From: Tubiluchus corallicola
Taxonomy: Eukaryota; Animalia; Priapulida
Assembly: GCA_030141605.1 (NCBI GenBank)
Contig: JAQGDQ010000346.1
Coordinates: 163,742-227,741, forward strand
Reading direction: 5' to 3'
DNA: 64,000 nucleotides
Shown one piece after another: positions 40,201 through 51,165 of this stretch. A model generated the notes under the pieces. The model was not told where the DNA came from, made no database searches, and saw nothing but the letters and a program-made list of their open reading frames with translations. Within the stretch, counting starts at the first letter, position 1, and each line of letters opens with the position of its first letter. The translations under genes were made by a program, and so were the position numbers.

Positions 40201-41669
40201 AGCCATATTGGTGAATGGGAGATTTTCCAGTAGGTACGTAATATCCTCCCTTCCCAGAAGGCACAGCAGGCACGCCAAACACCGAATCTTTCACTCCCTC
40301 GTAACCAGATTGGCTGGTGTCACTTCCACTTTTAGTGCAGTGAGATGGTAATGGAGGATCAAAGCAACTATCTTTAAAATAAAAAAATTAGATTTTAACA
40401 TAGACGAATGGCAATAATGCTAGATTAGGAAGAAAGCTCTTAAATTATAGATAAGTTTCCTGTAAAAATAAACCAACAGTCTCATATATTTGCACGAAAA
40501 AATTGATTACATTGTATGTGAGTGTGTGAGCAAGGGAATATGTATGAGATTGAAAGTGTGAAAGTGTGTGCAGACATAACCGTTACCTGCCTTGCATGTC
40601 TGTGTTTTTTATTTTTTTAATCTTGAGATTCGGCAATTCTTGACTTTCGTATGCCGATCCCACGTTGATAGCATCAAAAATTCTGAAAATTATGCATATA
40701 TTATTCTTATCAATCACTTTGATCCATTTTCTCATTTTTGTGTTTTCATCACCATTTTTTCTTTTTTTAAATTATCTTTTATTGTATTCATTCATGCCAT
40801 TTATTAAGTTAACACTGCACAAGTTTTCTTATAGTGTTGACTTGATGTCATGCGCTATTGATTTATAAGCTAAGTATGTTACATGTTGTTCTGTATGTAC
40901 ATGTACACATTGACATTGTATATAAAAAAATCTAATCTAATCTACTGACATAAATAACAGCCATTCTCCTCTTTGACTCGCTGATTGGTCGGTCGATAGG
41001 TTCGTTGGTAGATTTGTTAATTTCCACTAGCAGCTAGTTAGTTGGTTTATTGATTCGTTGAATATTTGGGTGGTGGTTGGTCTGTTAGCTCATCATTGTG
41101 GGCTGCTTAGTTAATTAATTGTTTGTTTGATTGCCTAACTGGATAGTTGGTTGTTTTGTTAGTTGATAGTTTTCTAGTCAGCAATTGATTTTTCGGTTAC
41201 TAAGTTGACCGGTTGGTCTACTGGTCGACTAATGAACAAGTGAACAAACCAGATAATTTTTAAATTTCTATAAACAAGAAAAATAAGCTTTACCTTTAGT
41301 TATTTTGTTAGGCTCCTGTTTACATGAAAAAGTTGGTGTGACTGTGGAGCCTCTGACGTTCAATCCCCAGTGGTCAGTTTGATAGCTAGCCAGACGTACT
41401 GTCACAACTCGACCCCGTTGTTCTACAAACTCCGCATTCCAAAAGTCGTCGGTAACGTTCACATCTACATACGACTTGCTGTCTCCAAGAGTGAACGTTT
41501 GCAACGATTTCGAAACCCAAGAACTTTGCCAAATGGTTATCGAGCACCCAGCAGTAAAAGGATTGTCCCAGCATTCGGTAACGTCAACGGTACATTTGCC
41601 ATAACAGTTCGACGTGAAAAATGCTACGGTCATTATGAGTGATGAAATTGAATGTCCTTTACTGAACAT
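37228..41669 (-). CDS. Type-I membrane protein, copy A (475 aa): signal peptide, CBM2-like domain, 2 Kunitz domains, TM, Tyr-motif tail
   Basis: Exons 41294-41669, 40033-40371, 39573-39743, 38667-38832, 37228-37603; GT..AG with phases 1,1,1,2; 1428 nt open from ATG to TAG. Kunitz 2 Cys spacing is x8-x16-x7-x12-x3; TM IAIVIIVVVGVVIVIAILTIGIVYYC is followed by VKVKPRR. Confidence 0.9.
39573..39743 (-). CDS. Copy A exon: near-canonical Kunitz/BPTI domain (P1 = Phe)
   Basis: CKEPLPDNSCFVSSPTAWHFDPKNKECIPFGFGRCPGIYNQFPTKQKCEDFC. Confidence 0.92.
40033..40371 (-). CDS. Copy A exon: Kunitz-like domain with a large insertion after Cys2
   Basis: CFDPPLPSHC-(72 aa ending YYYFNIDKKK)-CVEYVPDNDLCPERTLHFDNEAECYQAC. 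Confidence 0.85.
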
Positions 41670-42379
41670 TTTCTAAACAAAATAATATAATTACATTCAA
41701 CATGCTATTTAAAATGTATTACTTGAAAAAAGTTTAGGCTCTCGCAGTGACCAAAAAGAAGCTTCTTGTTTTTGCCCCCTAAGATATGAGCTTAGGGCTT
41801 TCGAATTGTTTGCAAACACTACTAATTTAAACTTCATATTAATTCTACGAAAGCAGAATAAAACAAAACAAATTATATAACAGATTATATTTTTTATTCT
41901 CTATTCCTGTCAGAAAATTACTATCCAAATGAATTCGTTGAATTCTTTTACCATTATAAAAAACACTTCTTAATCAATTATCTCAATAATACTATCTTGT
42001 ACATCAGTATTGTAATTCATTAAATAAGATGCTGGGTTTAATCATTATTTGCGTGTGCCAGTTACTATCTATTAATCACGGATCATCCATTCATTCTTCT
42101 CAAAATTTTTGAACAAGTTCATAAAATAATTTTGAGGTTTTAAAAAGTAGTAACATTTGATTTTGCAAAAGGCCAAAGTTTGTTAACATGACAACATGAC
42201 GATAGTTAATTGTTATTCTGTAAACGTACTAAAATGTACTACATGTAAACTGGGTCAGCACTGTATCGAGGATAGCCTACAATAACGGCTGCTACTACAG
42301 TATTATAAAAAAAAGTCACCAACGTATCTTACTTTGTGTGGTTACAAATGTGTGGTTACAAATGTGTATGTACAACGTG

Positions 42380-42752
42380 GATACACTAAAGCATTACAAG
42401 AAACTTATCAACATTGCTTGATCAAGCAAGGAAACTTTCAATGCTACTGAAAATAACTTACTGCTACTACAGAAGCTGTAAATCCCATGTACCCAACTAT
42501 GTTATGGAGTAAATATACAAAAGTAACAAACGTACATATACAGTACACTACAGCATACAAGAAGCTCACCAACTTAGCTTTATCAAGCAGAGAAACTTGG
42601 GAGAGCAACTAAATTTTGTCCTACTAATAGTTTCCTGCTTGACAAAATAGTTGTAAAACCCAAGTACCAAGTTGTGGAGTCAACAGACAAAAGTAAAAAT
42701 GTACATTTACACTGTGCTAAAATATACAAGAAGCTTACCAACTTAGCTTGAT
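42380..42752. repeat. Degenerate ~165-bp tandem repeat upstream of the copy A coding exon
   Basis: TACAAGAAGCT(T/C)ACCAACTTAGCTT-like core at ~42395, ~42556 and ~42725, with shared flanks. Confidence 0.7.
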
Positions 42753-43030
42753 AGTTCATTCAGGTACGGTCTGATTATGCAGATCAGCATTAATCAATAA
42801 CAATTACGCACAGTAAAGCAATTCTTGAGTATCTTGAATCGTCGTCGTTCTAACCGGATTTCACTGTGTTTTTCACCAAATCTCGTGTGTTAACATACAG
42901 TAAACAGCAATAAAACTGTGCCTGCAAACACCTCTGGCAAATTCTTGTCACGTCACGCTTTTGCTTCGGTTGAGTTCCTAGAATGGATCAGTGAACTGTC
43001 GTCATTGCAGACATGGCTTAGTAAGCTGGC

Positions 43031-43045
43031 TGACGTCACTTCCGG
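43031..43045 (-). promoter_or_regulatory. Perfect ETS-CRE composite motif upstream of copy A
   Basis: Minus CCGGAAGTGACGTCA, inside an upstream block that is conserved with copy B. Confidence 0.65.
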
Positions 43046-46000
43046 ACTCTACATTTCGCCATTCTGTCTAGTAAACCCTTTTGTATGATATTATTAAAAT
43101 TTTAGCTTTCAAGTATGTTAAACTATATTTAGGATCTTACTATCACAGGAAGAGATACTGCGTGAATACAATTCCGTTTCCTGTCTGTCCCATTTCAAAA
43201 GAAAGATGTAGGCTACATAGTAGAGACCGTACTTCGTTCCAATGCAAATGCATTTCCTTATAGCGCGGGTGACAAATGTGTAAAATCCTTGATGATGATA
43301 ATAGTCGAGTTGTCATGGTGCTAACGCTCGTAATTCCAACAATCTCATGACATTTATTTCCGAGCATTTCTGGGGCTGAGCAATGAACGAATAGATGGCC
43401 GCTAGGTTCAATACTCGTTTTGAAAAATTTCATTCACTCGCTAATTCTGGCTATTTACATCTTCAAATTTGTAAATAAAGGATCTCTGATGGATCAGTGT
43501 CTCATCTTAGAACCTCATTATCATTACTGTTATCATAATCATAACTGCAATTACTATTTAAAGGAAAACCGGACGACTGATTAGAACCAATCTCATTTTA
43601 ATTTACAGTCCAAAATATACATTTTTGCCTATAAAAGTTTGTAATTGTTTCTTATATTTGAATAATTAACTTGGAAATTTAATTAACTACAACCGAACAC
43701 AGCTATCGATTATGTCACAAACTAACCACAATTTGTGCAATGGTAGGCATCTTTCCTGCGCGTCAAGCACTTTTGCGTAAGCGAAGATTGCTATAAGATT
43801 CTGATGTGATGTCACGTAAAAGTGCTGTACGTCACAGACGAACATTGCAGTTCATGATCATGCTTATCACGCTACCGCTACTATTTGTCGGCCACGCGGA
43901 TGTGACATAAAGACGCCATTGCCAGTCTTAGTAGATTCACTGAGCGACCTGAGCCGCGCCTAGCTTTGGCAGTTTAACAAAATTTAACTATCCGAGGTAA
44001 TTATTATTTAAACTACGCTTTGATTAAAAAAAAGCTATTGGAGTTTTCAATATTTTAGAGCATACTTTATTTTGAAGTAATGTTTACACAATCGCCCGGT
44101 TTTCCTTTAACTAAACCTCAAAATAGAGCCAAGGCGCCAAATCCACTTGGATGAACAAAACAAATGTTAATATATTAATAATTTTGTTGAGTCACTTACA
44201 CTGCAAATAAGGCGGATTTATATTTCTTCAATTGTTTTTTCTGTCAATTGTTTCTTCAAGAAATTAGGTCGACATGCTTTACTTATCTTATTGATTATGC
44301 TGGTAGTCGCAGAAGGTAATTCTTTTCAAGTTACTTCAAGAAAGGTGTTCACTTTTAACTTTAAATTATACTATATAATTACTGGAGATACTGTACCCCA
44401 ATCTACTTAAATTTAATATATACGTAAATATCCAAAATGTTGGGAGAGATAACTATTGAAAATCAGTGGTCAATAATATACATTATGTAACAAATGACCA
44501 TTTCGAAATATAGCACCAGTTATCTGAGGTATCTATATAGGCCTAAAAAATTTACTGAATTATAGCTATGTAAATAAATAAATAAACAGCACTTGTTGCA
44601 GTAAATCTGGTGTATTTTTGTATAAATTTGATCAGTATTTCGACATTCCGTCCTCATCAAGTATAGCCAAAAATTGCAATTTGCTCTATCTAGATTCAGA
44701 AATTGATAACGCCAAATTACAAGTTATTCAAGTTAAAGCGTTACCTAGATATATTTATATCTGCTGTCCAACCTCTCAAGTCACAAATGATAAATCAGAT
44801 AGTGGTGATAACGATGATATATTTTATTAATATAGGATACATACATAATATAGGATACATACAAGAGGTATCACAAACGCATGATTAAATTAAGAACTTG
44901 CTGCATTCTTGCAATGTCCATAATTCTATTGTTTGTGGACTTATTTTATTTTTGAAACACAAATTACATTCATTTTTTTCTAAATACCACCTGCAATCAT
45001 GTTTTCTATTTGCATTTCCTATCGCATGCATGTATGATGCTTCACTTAGTTCCTGGTGGTCGTCGTCCCCTCCTTCGTCTGTCTGTTTCGGACGCCTCCT
45101 GCTGCCATCTAGCGGACATATTCCTAACAATTGTAGTTGTATTTCAGTACCACCATCACTTTTGTGACTATGCAATTTTCCCATTCACAATTGCATAATT
45201 CACAAAAATGACGGCAGTATCGATCGACAAAGAGCGTGACGGTTTTACATCTCGGGAAAATAAGAAAATCCTTTATAAATCTGCAAATAAACAAAAAGGG
45301 TAAAGTTACTAACAAGGAAGACAGAAAACAACATTCATATAAACAATAGGCCTACAACTTAGTGACACAAAAATAGCATTAATAATTAACGCACTGCTAA
45401 TTTAACTAAATTGATGAAATTGAAACTTGTTTGATGTCATTTTCATTACGTTCGAGGCCCAGCTAGTACAATGCACATTTTTAAACCTATGTGTATCCAG
45501 AGGTAGGTGTCATCAGATAAATTATCGCTAGTATGTTAGCTCGCAAAATCCAAAATCACATTTGAAGCGTGCATTGTAATGCAGGCACCTAATACAAATG
45601 ATTAAATTTGCTAACTAGTGCTGTAATTTGCAATCGATCGTTAAATTTTACGATCTTTTATCTGCTTTTTCTTTGTATTAAAATCCCTAAATAAAGTACT
45701 TCTCGCGCATTTTTCTGTTACACAAAACAGCCAAAAATATTCAAGCACTGACTGCAAAAGTAGACTATAAAGAACTACAAAAATAGCCGTGAGTATTGAG
45801 TAATATGTGATAACACAGCTTTGTAGTTAGTTAAAATCTAAAATGCTTTAGCATCAATTGTTTAAAGAAACAGCATCAATTTCTGCATAATTAATATTTT
45901 CATACATTTTTCCTTGTTTGTTATTAGAAATTTATTGTTTTTATTGCTATTGATTTACAAGATAACGTTTCCTTTTAGCAAAAACAGTGTGTGATACACA

Positions 46001-48034
46001 TGCGCAAACAACCGCAGACAGTAGACACATTCCTGAGGTGAATATTAGCACAATTTTCTATGATGCGTTCGAAATTATTTCACCTCGTTAAAACTCGAAA
46101 TTTTGAAAATGCTTTATTTGCACAAGATGTATTTAGCCATTGCTGTGTGTAATGAGGTAAAAAGCTGTTCTGCCAGACACTACCAACTAATAAAACGGCA
46201 GTGGGATAAGCAGTGGGAAACTAAAAAGAAAACGTGTTAGTAACGCAAAACAATAAAAAATACATGATGCCATTCAGGTTTTGTAAACGCACTCACGCAC
46301 GCACGCACACTCAGAAACAGAATCGATTATTAGGAATCAAATAATAAGACCAATAAAACCATCGAGATTTTAGGTTCACTACTTGTTAGTCAAAAGGAAA
46401 GCTTGTATTTATAAATTTTTTGCAGCAATTTAATTGATATGTAACCGCTGTAACCACATGTTTTCATTTTCTTAAAAAACAGAATGTTTATGCTATGTGG
46501 TTAAAAAATGAATGATATACAGCCACATGCAAAGTAATTGCAAGACAATCTAATTTCATATTTTGACCTAATTTAGTTTTTACGTTTTATATTTAATCAT
46601 AATCTATTTGCTTTAATTTTTTCAATTCACGTCACTTAACGCCTTTATGAAGGCAAGATGCTCAAATTTTGATTTGAAACTCAAAATTATGTTCAAATAG
46701 CTAATCAATTTATAACTAGCCAGGGCTGGCCAAAACCTTTGCAGTATACGTTGTCCACCATATTCACTGTCCCTTTCATAATAGGAGAGTAATTAGGCGC
46801 AATAACAACACTAGCTTCATAATAACACTGGGTGACGGAATTAATAAAATTCGTGGGTGGTTTCGTAAAATTAATAGATTGTTCATTCAGTCTACTTTAC
46901 GTGACCTCAATTTTTTCAAGGGTCGAAAAAGCCTTTCACTGGGATTTTTAAATGCAGTGGTAATTAGTAACAATCGAAAATACAGAAGGAGAATATAGAT
47001 TATATTTGCACAAATAACAATCTAAAATAACTTAAATATGCTGGTTTAGGTCTAAAGAAAGAACTACATTAAATTTATGTAAAGGTAAAAATAGCAGCTT
47101 CACACGCGCAATAAGTTGCAAATTTATTATTTTTGGACACACTGTACATTAAACCGTATCTACAATTTGATTTCACATTTCAATACAAATGCTTTTTTTG
47201 TTCTATCCTCTCACGCGACAAGACGTTTTGATAATAAAACGTTTTAAAATAACCTGAATGTAAAATACGACGTGTCAATACTATTCGTACAAACCAACTC
47301 CCGGATGACAGCATGACAACGTAGAAGATACGCTGCCATAATTATCATCATCAAATACAGAAATTTGCTGACTATGTTACATATATTTTTGTGCAACATG
47401 AATAGCGCTTCTATTATGGTCGCGCAGGCATCAAACAATCTACCTGTCAATTTACTAAGATATCAGGTGTAACTTTGTCGGCAAACATCACAAGGCAGTT
47501 CATTACTGTTCAATTAATGCTGATGTAGTATTAAAGCCAGACACTAACAATGGATTTCACTCTTAACAACATCTATTCATAAGGCTTAAAATCCGCACAT
47601 GTTCCTTCATGTCTTTGTCTCAGTATGTCTCCAGACACTTTGTCTTCACTGGATTTTTAAAGCAAAATCTCTTACTATAACCCTTTTTGTTCATCGCAAC
47701 TTCTTTGACAAGTTTTAATAGAATGTATGCAGACGAAACATCAAAACATTATCACAAATACAAAATTTACAACATCCTTTCTACGTTTATATGAATTTTG
47801 CCACAGTTTACGTGCTCGCCAAGCGAATGAAATACAGAAATATACATGTAATTAGTCCTATAATGTTTCCAAAGACCAGATTTTCGTCATCAGCTACAAA
47901 ACAAATGATTTCGATGATTCCAAATAGAAACGAAATTTTTAACTTGATAATTATGCAAAACATTGCTACTTATTTCTTTAAGTAGCTATTACTATATGTA
48001 CGTTTGACACAATTTATTTCACACGAATATAGAC

Positions 48035-48425
48035 AACGGAGAGTCTACAAATTCTCAATAGCAAGAAGATATATCAGTTGGCACAAAGATCCCACGATAA
48101 ACACAATTTTTATAATGCTACCTAAGGACATCACTAAAAGGTAGAGGTGCAACCAATATTTATTTATTATCCAAACGCTTTCGGCGAGTGACGCCATCGT
48201 CTGGGAACAGATATGAACAATAACCGATATGAAAAATAAAATGAAAATATGATAAATGTCACATTTTTTATTTTATTCTTCATAAATTACAGTTGGTAAT
48301 TTTTGATCCCTGATGATGGCGTCACTCACCAAGCCCTGTTGGATAACAAATGTTTGCTGCACCTCTAACTATTGGCAATATCTTCTACTACCATTATTGT
48401 ATTAAATGGGTTCTACGTCTCCAAT
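48035..48425. mobile_element. Inverted pair of Penelope-like element ends with degenerate minimal hammerhead motifs
   Basis: Left arm (minus) CCCAGACGATGGCGTCACTCGCCGAAAGCGTTTGGATAATAAA...TGCACCTCTA; right arm (plus) CCCTGATGATGGCGTCACTCACCAAGCCCTGTTGGATAACAAA...TGCACCTCTA. Confidence 0.6.
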
Positions 48426-48532
48426 TTTCTACACATTTTTATTAAAAAACAATTTGTTTTTAATTTGTAACACTTCATCTTGCTAGTGGCATTTGTAAAA
48501 GAGACACACATCTCAGTTTCTGGTTTCACACC

Positions 48533-48668
48533 GCCCGGTTTCTCCTCTTTTCAAGGAGCTGTAAATCTCCAAGACCTCTGTGCCAGGCGCTGCTGACCAC
48601 GCCTTAGCGCGCTGGGTGGGGATATTAGAGGGAAATTTACAGCTCCTTGGAAAAAGGAGCAAGCGGGC
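48533..48668. other. GC-rich fold-back (long inverted repeat)
   Basis: 38-bp arms with about 5 mismatches (core CAAGGAGCTGTAAAT / ATTTACAGCTCCTTG) and an inner CCAGGCGCT / AGCGCGCTGG stem. Confidence 0.85.
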
Positions 48669-49128
48669 TGCACGGCAATGTGGGTGACGCTTACAAATGC
48701 CTCTATCAATGGTAAGGATTCCAAGTGAATTTACGAGAACGTCTTTATGAACGACCCTGTACATTTCTGCTTCGAATTACCACGACCACATTTATTTCGC
48801 AAAACAATTAAACGAACAGTATTTTAGGTAAACTTGCGTTTAAATTTGGTAAATCGAGCACACTTTCTAAAGCTCTTTGTGGACAAGCGAGAAAAAGTTG
48901 CTAGTAAACTTTACACGCAGCCTGTAAAGGCTTAAAAAGTCATGACCTGCCATTACTTGTATTCATGTTACTGACTTAAATCATATTACAAAAGCCTGGT
49001 CAAATTAATACCATCACGACATCACGGAAAGTACATAGATGAAGCCTAACCTATTAATACCATGCAAAAGATTTAAGCCATCTTAATAAAAACAACAGGC
49101 GAGTAGGTGGCTGAGTAATCTGTAATGT

Positions 49129-49192
49129 GCTCTTGGTGACCGAAGTTACGCAACATCAACGTTAATCACCGCATGGATAGGCGATCCTGGGC
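49129..49192 (+). mobile_element. 5S-rRNA-derived repeat fragment
   Basis: GTGACCGAAGTTACGCAAC...TGGATAGGCGATCCTGGG resembles the 5S A-box/C-box region; incomplete. Confidence 0.45.
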
Positions 49193-50729
49193 TCAATATT
49201 TGGTCTCTTCTGATTTAGTGTCACATGTTACAGCATAACTAAGCGATTCCGGCTCGGATCCAATCATCTACATGAACTAGGTCATGTCAGTAAGTTCTTT
49301 TTAGATAGCCTTGACCAGAGTTTTTGTCATGGACCAAAAACGCAAAAAAGTTTAGATGTCGCATTTTGAACGTACATTGAGAAAATTTAAGATGCAATTT
49401 ATGATTTACAATATTAATTTCATTACAGTACACCAGTAGCACATAGTAAAAAATAAGTAATAAAATACGAATAAAATGAAAATAGCAGCAAAGCAACACC
49501 TACTTAAACAAACACGCGATTTTATTTTAACATGCCACAAACGTCTGCAACGTTTCCGACCAGTTATGGTTCAGACCATGTTCGTAGAACAATCAACCTA
49601 AATAAAATACAGTGTTGAAAATTACAAATACTAAATTGTAAACTTACAGACCGTGTGATACAAAGCCATATGACAGAAAAAATAAGTTATGTTACTCCAA
49701 CATAATTCATTCTCTGACTAACGCCAAGTGGGTGGTGCTAAGAGAAATCTTTGCTCCAAACATGAACAACACAAAATGATCAGGTACAATGATCAGTTCA
49801 AAATAATTCCAGGGGCAGAGAAGAAAGTGGATCACTAAGCTCTGACTGAAATTTTAATATCAAACGAGTTTCAAAAATGTGCAAATGAAAATCACTGCTA
49901 GCAGAATCTAAAATTTTACAAATCAAAAGTCAGTTTCTCTAATACAAAATATACAAAAGTTCTGAAAAAGAATGTACAAACGCGCAGGTGAATGTTTAAA
50001 GTTCAACTTTCCACTCGTTAGCGCGTGGAATTTTATTTTGCATAAACTTTAACAAAGGTAACATAGTAAAAAATGAGAATTTGTCAATCCGCTGTGCTTT
50101 TGTTAGTCATGCCCGTTAGTCAATTCGTTGTTCATAGGCCACTGAAGACTCCCATCTTGAATTCACCCTAATGTAAATAACCACACAGGAAAAACTTATT
50201 AGCAGTTAACTTTCAACTGTATGCAATGGGTGTAATTGTACGCCAAAGCACACTCTGACTGTCGAAGCCTATCTTATAGTTATAATCTTACTTATCCTTA
50301 TTACATTTCGATAAGTTATAGCGGCAGGCCTACATTGAGGCCACTCATACCTACGAGACCTAGCAAATTATTTTAGTTAAATAAACAAACACTCAACGGA
50401 TACGTTTTTGATTTTTCTTAAACATGTGAAACTCGTTTGCGTGGCAGGCGACATTGGATCGTTATAGGGTTAAGCCATTAGCAAATTTATTAGTCTCTAA
50501 ACTATAAACGTAGATCGTCTTTACAATAATAGAAATAACAATAATTTATTATTCATAAGGACTTCAAATCAGTAGCGACTGATTGGAAAAGGTTTAAATA
50601 CGGTGTTTATTTAACGATTGGGCGTGTCCGCAATGACAAGATATCCCTTTTCGGATTCTAAAATGATCTCAAATTGGTACAAAATGTTAGTTGTTGACTA
50701 CCTGCAGCGTTGTAAGGAGAACACGCCTG

Positions 50730-51165
50730 TTTTTCCTTCTTTCCTTTTTTACTTTTTCTTTCTTCTTTCATTCCTTCAATCCTTCCTTCCTTCATTCTTT
50801 CCTTATTTTCTTTCTTCTTTCTTTCTTTCTTTCCTTCTTCCTTTCCTTTATTTCTTTTCTTTCTTCTTTTTTCATCTTTTTACCACCACTTCCTTCCTCC
50901 CTTCCTTCCATCCTTCTTTCTATTCCTTCCTTCCATTCTACTATCTTTTTTCGCTTTCCTGTTCAATTTTCCCTTCTTTTTGGTTCTTTCTTCCATTTTG
51001 TTTTGTTTTGTTTTAGCTCGTTATTTTCCTTTTCTTTCGCTTTGTCTTCGGTATTTTTTCCTTCTATTTTCCATTTTAAATTCTTTACCTTCATTTTTTT
51101 TCATTTCATCCTTCTTTTTTCTTTCTTTCTTGTTTTTCTTTACTCTCTTCTCCATCAACCATCAT
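50730..51165. repeat. Polypyrimidine (TTTC/TTCC)-type low-complexity tract
   Basis: Directly visible. Confidence 0.95.

Noticed and set aside
46725-47146. Tc1/mariner-like MITE (CAGGGCTGGCCAAAA...TTTTGGACACACTGTA), and TTAA-flanked piggyBac-like ends near 10612-10937, 24334 and 61681
   Set aside because: The termini are too degenerate or unpaired to delimit elements confidently by eye.
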